Source: an uncultured bacterium
GTDB taxonomy: Bacteria; Poribacteria; WGA-4E; PCPOR2b
NCBI GenBank assembly: GCA_964577695.1
Contig: CAZOAL010000003.1
Span: forward strand, 163,486 to 227,485
DNA length: 64,000 nt
Direction: 5' to 3'
Shown here: piece after piece, positions 39,248-49,689 of the stretch
Numbering within the stretch: position 1 is the stretch's first letter
How the letters are laid out: each line of letters opens with the position of its first letter
The notes under the pieces: generated by a model
The model's database searches: none
The model's input: only the letters and a program-made list of their open reading frames with translations
Told to the model about the DNA's origin: nothing
Translations under genes and position numbers: made by a program

Positions 39248-40165
39248 ATGAACCAGCGCAAATATCCTGAACCAGACACATTAGTGGCCCTCCTCAAAGA
39301 AAAACGGGATTTAAGCATTCTCGAAGAAGAGGGGTGGTATCGCATTCCTGTCAAAAGTGCGCCCAAATTGCTAGAGCGGGTCAAATATCTGGCGTTCTAT
39401 CAACCGAAGACCTTTGGCGAAGAGAAGTGGCGGGTGCAATATTACGGACGCATCAAACGGATCGACGAAGTGAAACGCATTGAGCTACTACCGCATGAAT
39501 CGTCTCATCCCCGGCGCGATGAACGCTATCATCGGATTGAAATCTCCGACCTTCAGGCATTACCGAAACCAATCGTGAGCTATCGGGGGAGAAGAATCGT
39601 GTTTATCCCGACCACTTTTGAGAAACTGCGCGCTGCGGAAGAACTCAATGATCTGTTTCACGATAGCCCTTTGGAAGATGACCTGTGGCTACAGTTGAAA
39701 AAAGTACAGATTGAGGCGGAAAGACAATATTATGTACAAGAGGGAGGAAGGCGTTATTGTTTGGACTTTGCCCTGCTGTGTCGGGAGGGGAAAATCGATG
39801 TCGAATGCGATGGAGACCAATGGCATCATAATCGAAAAATCGCCCCGATAGACAATAAGCGGGATAATTTCCTCCATCGGAAAGGCTGGCATGTGCTTCG
39901 TTATTCAACGGTACAACTCCAGAAGATGCAGACCAGTTTGAATGAGATCAAAGAGACGATTTATCAGTGTGGCGGGATAGTTCCCACAGGCAAGCCGACG
40001 CCAATGCTGACGGATGGGCCCACTTTGGAGCAGGTCGAGCAACTGGCGGCGCAACTGCCGGCCCAAGAGCAATTGCGGATGGTTGCGCACCTCAGCCAAC
40101 AGTTGAGTGAGCGGGTGGTATCGGAGAAAGTTGAGGAATACGAGCCGCAAGATGATGTTCAGTAA
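39248..40165 (+). CDS. protein with C-terminal DUF559 (Vsr-like PD-(D/E)xK) endonuclease domain
   Basis: YCLDFALLCREGKIDVECDGDQWHHN...RDNFLHRKGWHVLRYS matches the DUF559 core. Confidence 0.65.
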   Translation: MNQRKYPEPDTLVALLKEKRDLSILEEEGWYRIPVKSAPKLLERVKYLAFYQPKTFGEEKWRVQYYGRIKRIDEVKRIELLPHESSHPRRDERYHRIEISDLQALPKPIVSYRGRRIVFIPTTFEKLRAAEELNDLFHDSPLEDDLWLQLKKVQIEAERQYYVQEGGRRYCLDFALLCREGKIDVECDGDQWHHNRKIAPIDNKRDNFLHRKGWHVLRYSTVQLQKMQTSLNEIKETIYQCGGIVPTGKPTPMLTDGPTLEQVEQLAAQLPAQEQLRMVAHLSQQLSERVVSEKVEEYEPQDDVQ

Positions 40166-40306
40166 GCAGAAGTTAGCCCAAAAGTGGAACCTGTCGCTGC
40201 CTGATAGGAGAGATGACAACCTTCAGATTACGGAGCGCAAGGCACTGGAAGGCTACATTCAATGCTTACAGGAAGGATGTAATGTGCCATTGCAAGGGGG
40301 AAAACC

Positions 40307-40699
40307 ATGGAAATACAAGTGATGTCCGTTATGCCGGAGAGGATGGTAAAACTGCTGACCGGCTTGACGGTTAGCGATTGGATTGCTGTTGTGGGGTTAA
40401 TCTTCACCATGGGGGGTGCATTGTATGCCTGGTGGCGGTGGTGGTGGTGCAGTGCCAAAGGTGAACTGAAGCGAATCTACCGGCGCGCTGCCAGGAAAGC
40501 AACGCAGAAAAATAGCAAGCTTGTGCCAATCGTATGTGCCATAGTTGATGAAGCCGATTTTTGGAAAGGGGCATGGTCCCCGCGTGTTTCTGAAACGGAT
40601 GAACGCGAGAGTTTTCGTGAACAATTGAAACGACGGTGCCCTGCTTTGGATGTGACTAAATTAGGGCGTGTTGACGAACTCGGGCAAATGCGCTCGTAG
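40307..40699 (+). CDS. hypothetical membrane protein; C-terminal codons are supplied by repeat element B
   Basis: one TM segment and WRWWWC; the ORF runs into the MITE-like element at 40655. Confidence 0.3.
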   Translation: MEIQVMSVMPERMVKLLTGLTVSDWIAVVGLIFTMGGALYAWWRWWWCSAKGELKRIYRRAARKATQKNSKLVPIVCAIVDEADFWKGAWSPRVSETDERESFREQLKRRCPALDVTKLGRVDELGQMRS

Positions 40700-40795
40700 C
40701 CCAAGTTTCTAACTTGGTGCCTCGTCCCCAACCAAGATAGAATCTTGGGCTACAGTTGGATTGCGAAACAGTTCGTCAACACGCCCTCAACCAGC
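40655..40795. repeat. MITE-like palindromic element family B, full copy (TIR gggcgtgttgacgaact; core gtagcccaag[at]ttctaacttgg / ccaagatagaatcttgggctac)
   Basis: full copies at 46075-46215 and 60655-60795; core-only copies at 20430-20500 and 43010-43075. Confidence 0.85.
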
Positions 40796-42976
40796 ATCAT
40801 TGACTCCGACATAAAGGGCATCCTCTACCTGCGCTGTCTGCGCGGCGACCTCAGTCTGGGGCGGATGTTCGTCGAGGCGGGGCGCATCGTCGGAGGTAGC
40901 GAGGCGTTCCAGCAGACCTACGCCAACCGCGATCTGACCCTTGAGCGGAAACTGGAGTTCTTCTTCCGTGAACTGAGCCGAGCGGGGGACGTCTGGGTGG
41001 TGATGGACAACTTTGAAGACCTGCTTGCCCCCGACGACACCATCGCTGACCCGGAGCTGCGCCAGTTCATCGAAACCGCTGTGGACACCTCGCACACCGT
41101 GCGCCTCATTGCCACCACCCGCGCCATCCCGCGCTTTCGCGGCAGTCAGCAGGTTAAGCCGATAGACCTGCGCGAGGGCTTGCCGGAAGACCAGGCAATT
41201 GCGTATCTGCGAACGGATGGAGCGGACTACGGCCTGGCGGATGCCGACGAGGGGTTGCTGCGCGCCTTCGTCAACCGCGTCCACCGCATCCCGAAGGCGC
41301 TGGAGTCGGTCATCGGCTACCTCTCGGAGAAATATCCTGTGGTGCAGTTGTCCGACCTGATGGCGAACGACGCCCTGTTTGCGGACTTTGACCGCCACGA
41401 CGCGGAGAACGGCTTGAAGCGGCTCATCGCCGAACAGTTTGCCGACCAGACGCCGGACGCGCAGTTGGTGCTGTGCGCCCTGTCTATCTTCCCCAAGCCC
41501 GCCCCGCTCACCGCGCTGCGCTATCTGCTCCCCGCCCTCGACTGGGCGAGCGTCCTGCCCCGTCTCGAACGCAACAGACTGGTTGGCAGACAGGTTGACC
41601 GCTATGACCTGCACCCGATTGTGCGGGAGTATGCTTATGCGCAGATACCTGAATACATGCAGGATTCAAGGTTCAGGTCAGAGCGGAGCGGAGACTCCCC
41701 GATGGGATCGGGACAGGCCGATCTATCGGAGATTCAGGATTCAGGTGAGACAGTGTCTGCACCTTCCACCAACGGCGTGCCATTCACTCGCTCTGCGTTG
41801 CACACGCGGGCGGCGGATTTCTTCCGTGAACTCCGCAAGCCGCAACAGGAGTGGAAGACCATCGCTGACCTTGAGCCGCAGTTGGACGAGTTCCACCATC
41901 GCGTCCGAGCGGGGCAGTATGACGCCGCGGCGCGAGTGCTCAATGACATTGACTTCGACTACCTGCAACTCTGGGGGCACGCCCGAACGGTCATTGAGTT
42001 GCGCCAGCAGTTGGAGGGGAAGTTGACGGACACCGATCTGGCACGCGTCAACGTGGGCCATTTGGGGTTTGTTTATCAGGACACGGGGCGGGTGCGCGAA
42101 GCCATCCCCTGCCTGGAACGTGCCTTACAAAGCGCTCGGGATGAAGACAATCAGGGTGGGATCGGCGTATGGCTGGGCAATCTGGGGAATGCCTACGCCG
42201 ATCTGGGGGAGACGCGCCAGGCTATCGAGTATTACGAGCAGGTGCTGGAGATTGCCAGAGCGATTGGCGACCGACGGGGGGAAGGGAATTGCTTGGGCAA
42301 TCTGGGGATTGCCTACGCCGATTTAGGTGAGAGGCACCAGGCGATTAGGTATTACAAGCAGGCGCTGGCGATTAAACGCGAGATTGGTGACCGAGTAGGG
42401 GAAGGCAAACAGTTGGACAACCTCGGAGCAGCGTACTTGAGGTCAGGCGAGTTCGATTCGGCAATCGGACACTACACGCAAGCAGCGCGTGTGTCGGAAG
42501 AGGTGGGTGACAAAGAAAACCAGTCTTATGCCCTGGGTGGCCTGGGCGCTGTCCACCATCACCGTGTCAACCTCGCCGACGCCCGCCGCTGTTACGCAGA
42601 CGCCCTCGCCCTTGATATGCCGAGGACCGACTACAGTTGCGCCGTCAAGTTAGGTGTCCTCTGCCTGGAAGAGGGCAAGGCAGAGGATGCGCAGGACTAC
42701 TTCGCCCGCGGCATCGCCCTCTGCCGCGCCCTGCTGGAAAAGACGCCGCGTCTTTACGACGCGCTCTACGAACTTGCCCTCGCGCAACTGGGGGGCGGGC
42801 AGCCTGACGGTGCCCTCGTCACCTATCGGCAGGCGTTGGAGGTCTGCGCGGCGAAGGGTGTGGTGCAGAATGCGCTTCAGGACCTGCGGCTGCTGGGACG
42901 GGCGGTGTTGCCGGTGGCAGGGTTGGCGGAGGCGGTGGCGTTGTTGGAGAAGGCTACGGAAGGGGGGGTTAAGTGA
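40745..42976 (+). pseudogene. STAND-type (NB-ARC-like) NTPase-TPR protein lacking its N-terminal P-loop; probably 5'-truncated
   Basis: Walker-B-like VWVVMDNFEDLL and IATTRA present but no GxxxxGK[ST]; ORF starts inside repeat B; C-terminal TPR units (NLGNAYADLGETRQAIEYYEQVLEIAR... x5). Confidence 0.55.
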
Positions 42977-42977
42977 G

Positions 42978-43078
42978 GGGTGGTCATCATTCCAAGGGGA
43001 GGCAATCGTAGCCCAAGATTCTATCTTGGCCTTCCGGCACAAGAGCCAAGTTAGAAACTTGGGCTACAGAAGGGTTTT
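42978..43078. repeat. gene-end motif (gtgaggggtggtcatcattccaaggggaggcaatcgtagcc) plus family-B core palindrome
   Basis: compare 20396-20500. Confidence 0.8.
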
Positions 43079-43190
43079 GGCCGAATGTTGAATATGTGCT
43101 CGGAGTGGTGACGATTCGCCAACGAACACGGAAAGGATATGTCCAAACCGCGTTCCTCGTTGATGGTCTTTCTAAAGGAGGTAAGTTGTT

Positions 43191-43493
43191 ATGGAAAAAA
43201 CCTTAAAGTTCTCGTACTATCCGCCCAGCGATGCGCTGAATATTCACTTTGGCGAGCCGCGCCCGTGTATCTCAAAGGAGATCGCCGATGAGATTTATCT
43301 GAGGCTCGATTCAGAGACGCGCGAGGTCGTTGGTTTAACCATCCTGCATTTTCGCCAGCGATTTACGGGAGCGAAAAATAAGCCCTTGTCTTTCGACATA
43401 CCGGTTCTGGCTCACATTCAATTGCTGATGCGCGAGGCGCAAGCGCTCGGGCTCATTACGCGCCGCGATGTGAGAGGTGCTGAATGTCACTGA
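43191..43493 (+). CDS. DUF2283 domain protein
   Basis: YYPPSDALNIHF...EVVGLTILHF matches the DUF2283 pattern (YDPEADALYIRL...GIEIL). Confidence 0.6.
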   Translation: MEKTLKFSYYPPSDALNIHFGEPRPCISKEIADEIYLRLDSETREVVGLTILHFRQRFTGAKNKPLSFDIPVLAHIQLLMREAQALGLITRRDVRGAECH

Positions 43494-43592
43494 GCAACAT
43501 TCACCTGAACCCTGCGCTTACCGATCGCGACCTGGATTGGGTTTTGGGATGGTTGCACGACCCGCGCACGATAGCGAGAGCAGATTGGCCCG

Positions 43593-44033
43593 ATGCGTTC
43601 ATTGCCTTTGACCATCTTCGCCGACCTGCGGGAGGCGGGAATTGAGTTTGCAGCGCACGACCTGTTGAAACGAGAGGAACGGCGCAGTCCTTACGACCTG
43701 ATGGTGTTGAGACGCAAAGGGGATGTCAAGTTCAGCACCTATTTTCTTCATCTGGCGCGCAGTTTTCCGTTGCGCCACGACTTCTACATCACGCGCCTGT
43801 ATGCCGTGTCGCGGCGGATGTGGCAGGACGTTGTCATTCTGCGCCCCGAGGTGTGGGCGGAACTGGATGGCGAGACGCAGGCTACCGCATTGGAAGACAC
43901 GCTCAATATCTTTCCTACAGCAGCGGAAGTGCAACTGCGTGGGGCACCCTATATCGCGGTGGACTACGCCCTGTGGAAAGACAGGGTGAAAGCGCGACAG
44001 CAAGCGCCAAAGGAGGAAATTTCTGATGAGTAA
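43593..44033 (+). CDS. hypothetical protein (146 aa)
   Basis: ORF only. Confidence 0.4.
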   Translation: MRSLPLTIFADLREAGIEFAAHDLLKREERRSPYDLMVLRRKGDVKFSTYFLHLARSFPLRHDFYITRLYAVSRRMWQDVVILRPEVWAELDGETQATALEDTLNIFPTAAEVQLRGAPYIAVDYALWKDRVKARQQAPKEEISDE

Positions 44034-44274
44034 AAAGTGGACAGAGATGAGCGATGAAGGGTTTGTCCAAATGCTGGACAACCTGTCGAAGCCAGAGTAT
44101 GGGGAACTGACGGACACCGAATTTTTCGGTGCTCTGGCAGCGATGGACGCGGCGGACGAAATCTACCTGACGGGGCACATTGAAAACGGTCAACTGGTCT
44201 TTGACGAACCCGCGCCGCTGCTCGTTAAGGGCAATGTGATTCAACTGGGGCCCAAGCGCATTGTGATTGAGTAA
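44026..44274 (+). CDS. hypothetical small protein (82 aa), ATGA-coupled to 43593..44033
   Basis: start overlaps the upstream stop. Confidence 0.4.
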   Translation: MSKKWTEMSDEGFVQMLDNLSKPEYGELTDTEFFGALAAMDAADEIYLTGHIENGQLVFDEPAPLLVKGNVIQLGPKRIVIE

Positions 44275-44395
44275 GGAAATCTGAATCGGGTGAACAATTC
44301 GCATCAACCATACACATGGACGAGGTTTATTGTTTGACAGTAATCACACCTTGATAGGATTTCTTGAACCATAACCGAAATGGAGTCCTTGAACC

Positions 44396-44932
44396 ATGAC
44401 GACAAAGATGGATTTTACAATAGGTAGTATATCGGATCGAGAGAACCTTGTCGCTTCACTGTGGTACAATAATGTGCTCTGGTGTGAAATCTCTCAAGAG
44501 GAGAGCACTCCCGTCCTTGAGATGTATCCCCATCCAACGGGAAAACCGTGGACATTTCCGTTTGAAGAGGCGTTGGTATGTCTCCAACACGCCGCACGCA
44601 AGCTGTTAGGCATGGACGCGCCGGTGCCACAGCCAACCATGACAACTCAGATGGAAATTAAGATAGCCAGCCTGCCTGATAGAGAGAATCTTGTTGCTGA
44701 AGTGTGGGACGATAAGGTACAATGGTGCGAAATCTCTCAAGAGGAAAGCGACCCCATCCTTGAGATTTATCCCCATCCAACGGGCAAATTTCCGTTTGCA
44801 GAGGCATTCGCATGTCCCCAACACGCGGCACGCAAGCTGGTAGGCCCGGATGAGCCGGTGCCAGAACCGTCGTCATTCGTCGTGAAACAGGTAGCCCAAA
44901 AGGCAGCGAATCCGGATGTTCGGGCAGAATAA
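44396..44932 (+). CDS. hypothetical protein made of two tandem ~85-aa repeats
   Basis: repeat 1 ISDRENLVASLWYNNVLWCEISQEESTPVLEMYPHPTGK...LQHAARKL; repeat 2 LPDRENLVAEVWDDKVQWCEISQEESDPILEIYPHPTGK...PQHAARKL. Confidence 0.55.
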   Translation: MTTKMDFTIGSISDRENLVASLWYNNVLWCEISQEESTPVLEMYPHPTGKPWTFPFEEALVCLQHAARKLLGMDAPVPQPTMTTQMEIKIASLPDRENLVAEVWDDKVQWCEISQEESDPILEIYPHPTGKFPFAEAFACPQHAARKLVGPDEPVPEPSSFVVKQVAQKAANPDVRAE

Positions 44933-44982
44933 CAGGCAATCTTGCCAGCGTTTCACCTTCCGTTAAAGTAAGGAATTTATCC

Positions 44983-45459
44983 ATGCAGATCAAAGACACT
45001 TATACAGTTTCCGCTCCTCATGAAAAGGTATGGGAGTATTTCACAGCCCCTGAATTTTTACAGCAATGTATCCCCGGTTGTGATGAACTGATACCGCTCG
45101 GTGACGATACGTTTGAAGCCATTCTCAGTGTGGGAATTTCTTCGATTAAAGGGGTATACAAAGGCAAGGTCAAGCTGGAAAATAAACAGCCACCTTCAGC
45201 GTATCGACTGGTCGTCCACGGCGAAAGTAAGATCGGGTTCGTCAATGGCGCTTGTCATTTTACGCTGGAAGCGACACAACCTGATCAGACAGCGGTCACT
45301 CTTGACGGGGAATTAATGGTTGGCGGAAAACTCGCCCGCGTGGGTCAACGCATCATCGGCGCGGCAGCCAAGCTGATGATTGGCCAATTCTTCAAGGGGG
45401 TTGCGAAGTTGGCCCAATCTGAAATGGAACCTTCACCAGAAAAGGTGGAAGATTGCTGA
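44983..45459 (+). CDS. SRPBCC-family protein, carbon monoxide dehydrogenase subunit G (CoxG)-like
   Basis: MQIKDTYTVSAPHEKVWEYFTAPEFLQQCIPGCD... matches the CoxG N-terminal pattern. Confidence 0.7.
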   Translation: MQIKDTYTVSAPHEKVWEYFTAPEFLQQCIPGCDELIPLGDDTFEAILSVGISSIKGVYKGKVKLENKQPPSAYRLVVHGESKIGFVNGACHFTLEATQPDQTAVTLDGELMVGGKLARVGQRIIGAAAKLMIGQFFKGVAKLAQSEMEPSPEKVEDC

Positions 45460-45675
45460 TACAGGTGTCGCGTGCTGAAACGAGTAGAGAAAGGGTCAGT
45501 GGAAATCCATTCAAGGGAAAAACGCCGCAGCAAATCGATGAGATGTTCCTTTCGTAGAACATGCGGCTCGCTTGTTCCAACTCCCCATCGAACGAGCGAG
45601 CCGTGCTCGTCCGAGAATCGGACACGTTCTACGGGGCGATCGTCCCCCAAATGTGACATTGGCGAAATAATAGGG

Positions 45676-45906
45676 ATGGGCGATAAGATGCTTACATTTG
45701 AACTTACAAAAGATGCAAACGAGGTCGAGATTCACGGGAATGAGGAAGGATTTCGAGAACTCATTGAGGCGTTATCAATGGTTATCAATACCTCTGGACA
45801 TGATCATTTGATGACGCCTGCATGGGGTGGCTGTGAACTGACCGAAGAAAAACAAGGTAAGGTGAACAGGTTAATCAATAAAGTCACGATTCGTTTATGG
45901 CACTAA
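45676..45906 (+). CDS. small hypothetical protein (76 aa, MGDKMLTFELTKD...GHDHLMTPAWGG...)
   Basis: 3' part of track ORF 45472..45906, starting at the first plausible ATG. Confidence 0.35.
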   Translation: MGDKMLTFELTKDANEVEIHGNEEGFRELIEALSMVINTSGHDHLMTPAWGGCELTEEKQGKVNRLINKVTIRLWH

Positions 45907-45954
45907 TCAGCGCTTCATTGGATTCAGTGGCAAAATGGATTTCACACTTAACTT

Positions 45955-46075
45955 TGAATAAATTTCTTTGACTTTTCACCCTCACCCCCGGCCCCTCCCC
46001 ATCAAGGGAGAGGGGAGCAACACAGTTCCCTCCCCTCGTGGGAGAGGGTTAGGGTGAGGGGGATTCAGAACAAAA
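45955..46075. repeat. GC-rich REP-like palindromes (tcaccctcacccccggcccctccccatcaagggagaggggagc ... ccctcccctcgtgggagagggttagggtgaggggg)
   Basis: read directly; related to the intragenic elements at 52733-52800 and 55350-55420. Confidence 0.7.
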
Positions 46076-46215
46076 AAGTTGAAAGAACTAGGGCGTGTTG
46101 ACGAACTATTTTTCGATCCCGTCGTAGCCCAAGATTCTATCTTGGTTTAGTGCTTGGGGCCAAGTTAGAAACTTAGGCTACAAGCGCATTTCCCCGAGTT
46201 CGTCAACAGAGCCTA
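46075..46215. repeat. MITE-like element family B, full copy; exact reverse complement of the 60655-60795 copy
   Basis: direct comparison. Confidence 0.85.
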
Positions 46216-46238
46216 ATTATAACGAAGGAGAAAGTTAA

Positions 46239-47213
46239 ATGAATATTCCCCCCAAAGAATTTATCCGCGTGATGCCGGGCGTCCTCCGCTCCTTTACGGC
46301 GGAGGTTTTCCAGAAAGCAGGCACGTCAGCAGAAGATGGCGCGTTTCTCGCCGAGTTGCTTGTCCTCACCGATTTGCGCGGCGTGTTTAGTCACGGGACG
46401 CGTCAGGTGCCGGGCTATGTGCAAATGATGCTTGACGGCAAAGTGAACCCGCGCCCCAATGTGCGCCTTGTCGATGAGACCCCGACAACCGCGATTTTCG
46501 ACGGGGATGGCGGCATGGGCCATTTCCCCGCTTACCGCGCCGCAAAAACGGCGGTGCAGAAAGCGAAAGCGATGGGTCTCGGCGCAGCAACGAGTCGAAA
46601 CCACTTTCACTTTGGAGGCGCGGGCAAGTATTCGCGGCTTGCGCTGGAAGCCGATTGCGTTGGATTCGCGGTTTCGGCCCATCGATTCCATCCCCATCCG
46701 GAGAGTTCGGTTTTGACGGCCTCCGGGGCGTCGCCCATGAGTTTCGCCATTCCCACGGGGACTCAACCCCCCATCGTGATGGACGGGGGAAACTGGGTTG
46801 ACCACAACGAACCGCTGGAACAGGCGTTTGCGCGCGGCCCAGCGACCTTTTTCAAAATCCTGGGCTTGGGTGCCGTTTGTCACGCGCTTGGTGGGTTTAT
46901 GGCGGGTATCTGGCTATTCGATAAACCGCCAGGACCCGGCATCTGGGAAGGCGCCAATCAAGGGGCGTTCATCCTTGCCATTGACATCGCCCGATTTATG
47001 CCCATCGCAGATTTCAAGAAAGGGGTTGATCGCCATATCAGCGAAATCCGCCAGATGAAACCTGCCCCCGGTTATGATCGCGCAAATCTGCCCGGCGCTC
47101 TGGAATGGGAACGCGAACGCGAATGGGCGAAGATTGGCATCCCAATCGGGAAGGACCATCAAGCGCAACTGACATCGGTTGGAAATAAACTGGGTGTTCC
47201 TGTGCCATTCTAA
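46239..47213 (+). CDS. Ldh_2 family (malate/L-lactate dehydrogenase-like) oxidoreductase
   Basis: N-terminal pattern ...AEVFQKAGTSAEDGAFLAELLVLTDLRGVFSHGT... typical of Ldh_2/AllD-like enzymes. Confidence 0.7.
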   Translation: MNIPPKEFIRVMPGVLRSFTAEVFQKAGTSAEDGAFLAELLVLTDLRGVFSHGTRQVPGYVQMMLDGKVNPRPNVRLVDETPTTAIFDGDGGMGHFPAYRAAKTAVQKAKAMGLGAATSRNHFHFGGAGKYSRLALEADCVGFAVSAHRFHPHPESSVLTASGASPMSFAIPTGTQPPIVMDGGNWVDHNEPLEQAFARGPATFFKILGLGAVCHALGGFMAGIWLFDKPPGPGIWEGANQGAFILAIDIARFMPIADFKKGVDRHISEIRQMKPAPGYDRANLPGALEWEREREWAKIGIPIGKDHQAQLTSVGNKLGVPVPF

Positions 47214-47254
47214 TTCGCCAATGTCACATTTCACGAGAAGTGAGTCGTCACGCG

Positions 47255-47430
47255 GGATGAGGTGAGTGGTAGGAGTGACGGAGTGATAGGAGTGGTAGGA
47301 GTGGTAGGAGTGATAGGAGTGGTAGGAGATTATCCCTGTGTCTGTCCTCCTCATAAAGCCCCAATGCCCCTAACACCCCTAACACTCCCATGCTCCGTTG
47401 CCCCTAACACCCCTAACACGTCCATGCTCA
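47255..47430. repeat. (GTGGTAGGA/GTGATAGGA)n tract and (CCCCTAACAC)n tract
   Basis: read directly. Confidence 0.85.
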
Positions 47431-47537
47431 GAAGCACTCACTTGTCGAACCAGGGGTCCAATTTGAATCCGATAATGTGACATTGGCGAGGTACTACTCC
47501 CCGAGCGGGGATTTTCTTAAACCGAGGGGCGCATGTT

Positions 47538-47915
47538 TTGTCCCTCCCTGAAACCAAAATGACAAAAGCATTTAAAAAAACTTTAATTGCGTTTTTGCTC
47601 TTTATTTTGCTTCTTATCAGTATCCTTCTCCTCGTTATCCGACAGTGGTCACGATACGGTTCTTTATCTGAGACCATGCGGATGGTTAATTTTAGCGAGC
47701 TCCTGCTTGCGCTCTTAGGGGCGTCAATCTTAATCCTTATCAGCATTGCATTGACCTTTTGGCTTGCCCATGCCTGGTCGATTGAACAACCATCGCTTGG
47801 TGAGCGGATTATTCGCCTGGCGATGGTTGTGAGCATTTTGCTCATCCTGGTCTTCGGTGGCCTGGGAGGTGGCATCATCGTTTTGCGGACGCTCTGGACG
47901 ATTGGGTACTTTTAG
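47538..47915 (+). CDS. small membrane protein (125 aa, three TM segments)
   Basis: hydrophobic segments; ORF. Confidence 0.45.
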   Translation: MSLPETKMTKAFKKTLIAFLLFILLLISILLLVIRQWSRYGSLSETMRMVNFSELLLALLGASILILISIALTFWLAHAWSIEQPSLGERIIRLAMVVSILLILVFGGLGGGIIVLRTLWTIGYF

Positions 47916-48135
47916 GACTTTCCAATTTTAAAAGTCTTCCCAACCGTAGGAATTATCTTGCATTCAGGATTAGGATATGCTAAAATACATTTCCGCTTTA
48001 CTTTGTATGTCAAACTGAACTCACTATATTCGTATTGTAACAGTCGATGGAAGGTATCGACCATATTTGGGGGTGTAAAAGATTCAGAACAGAGGTAGCC
48101 GTTTTCAGAAAAGGGTTCGGCAGCAACAGAATCGA

Positions 48136-48630
48136 GTGAATGAGAGGATTCGAGTCAAACAGGTTTTTGTGATTGATTCAAATAACAAGCAGCTTGGGGT
48201 GATGTACACTCGCGAAGCGTTAGAGCGCGCTCGAGAAGAAGGACTCGATTTAGTGGAAGTTTCCCCTAATGCAGAACCACCTGTTTGCAAGATGATGGAT
48301 TATGGTAAGTTTCAATATGAGAAAAGCAAAAGGGCAAAAGAAGCCAAGAAGAAACAGACCAAAGTCATCCTGAAAGAAATTCAATTTAAATCCGATACTG
48401 CTGAACATGATTATCAATTCAAAATGCGTCATGTCCGTGAGTTTTTGTCGAATGGCTGGAAAGTCAGAACCACTGTTAGATTCAGAGGACGTGAGATGAT
48501 GCACACCGATCTGGGGCGACAACTGCTACAACGACTTGCCGCAGATGTCGATGATATTGCTCAGGTTGAGCAAGCCCCTCAGATGGAAACCAGATCTATG
48601 ATTATGATCTTATCACTAAAATCGTCGTAG
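48136..48630 (+). CDS. infC: translation initiation factor IF-3
   Basis: [58 protein letters not shown] is collinear with IF-3; GTG start, or a rarer upstream start. Confidence 0.85.
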   Translation: MNERIRVKQVFVIDSNNKQLGVMYTREALERAREEGLDLVEVSPNAEPPVCKMMDYGKFQYEKSKRAKEAKKKQTKVILKEIQFKSDTAEHDYQFKMRHVREFLSNGWKVRTTVRFRGREMMHTDLGRQLLQRLAADVDDIAQVEQAPQMETRSMIMILSLKSS

Positions 48631-48634
48631 GAGC

Positions 48635-48835
48635 ATGAAAATGCCGAAAATAAAAACTCATAAGGGAGCAGCCAAACGCTTCAAGGTTACAGGCACAGGG
48701 AAGATTCGCCGGCACCACGCTTATGCCAACCATTTATTTTTGTCGAAGACGCCGAAACGCAAGCGGAATCTCAGGAAAAGTGCCATTGTGGATGCAACAA
48801 ATGCAAAAAGACTGCGGCGCTTGCTTCCTAAATAG
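48635..48835 (+). CDS. rpmI: 50S ribosomal protein L35
   Basis: [24 protein letters not shown]. Confidence 0.9.
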   Translation: MKMPKIKTHKGAAKRFKVTGTGKIRRHHAYANHLFLSKTPKRKRNLRKSAIVDATNAKRLRRLLPK

Positions 48836-48864
48836 AACCACCACCTTTCCCGAAGGAGTCAAGA

Positions 48865-49212
48865 ATGTCAAGAGTTAAAACAGGTAATGTCCGTAGAAAA
48901 CGCCGCCAAAGGCTTATGAAGCAATCGAAGGGCTATCGGGGTGGGCGTAACAATTTGAAGCAATCCGCCGTGGAGGGTGTAGAAAAAGGCTGGAATTATG
49001 CTTATAGGGATCGGCGGGTTCGCAAACGGGAATTCCGAAGGCTCTGGATTGTTCGTATCAATGCGGCTGCAAGAAGCCATGGCCTATCCTACAGTCGCTT
49101 TATGGATGGATTGAAAAAAGCAGGGATTGAGCTAAACCGCAAGGTCCTTGCCGACATCGCCGTTTATGACGAAGCAGGGTTTGCTCAAATCGCCGCACTT
49201 GCGAAAGGTTAA
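48865..49212 (+). CDS. rplT: 50S ribosomal protein L20
   Basis: [27 protein letters not shown]... Confidence 0.9.
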   Translation: MSRVKTGNVRRKRRQRLMKQSKGYRGGRNNLKQSAVEGVEKGWNYAYRDRRVRKREFRRLWIVRINAAARSHGLSYSRFMDGLKKAGIELNRKVLADIAVYDEAGFAQIAALAKG

Positions 49213-49689
49213 AACTGAGATTCAAATTTCTGTCCCTTTGCCGTTTTGGGGAACAATCCGCGCAATGCGAGCTCTGATTCAAGATGCAAGTTGAGCGAAG
49301 CGAAATCCCGATCCATCGGGAATTCAGAATTCATCCGGGTTCCGGTAAAAAGCGCGAAAGTATTGGAAAAATTAAATTTGCGTAAAGGCTGTGAAAGGAC
49401 AAAGTAAGCTGTTGGGTTATTCCAAACAGAGAGGATGCGTCACTGGCTGAAAGCGCGTCTTTGGAACCAGCCGCCGAATTTCATCCGGGAGCCGCCAAGT
49501 TGAACGCCAATTCGCAAGTAGATTTGTGCCGGAGGTTTCGCCGTTATCGAAACAACCAATGAAGAGGGTAGATGTTTTACAAAAAAACGCGAGAAAGCCC
49601 CGATCTTTAGATCTGGGGATGAATCGCGCCGTCTTTAGGGGATTGTGTTTTAAGCACTTGCGAATATTTGACTAATATAGTATAATATT

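Noticed and set aside
40107-40322. 71-aa ORF overlapping the 3' end of the DUF559 gene
   Set aside because: Out-of-frame overlap with a supported CDS and a lysine-rich low-complexity start. Not called.
43485-43508. Possible upstream extension of 43593..44033 starting at ATG 43485 (MSLSNIT)
   Set aside because: Careful re-reading shows a stop after 7 codons (tga at 43506-43508), so there is no extension.
47255-47430. ORFs 46914..47354 (-) and 47262..47480 (+) encoding YHSYHSYHSY / GVVGVVGVIG
   Set aside because: Translations of the GTGGTAGGA repeat tract.
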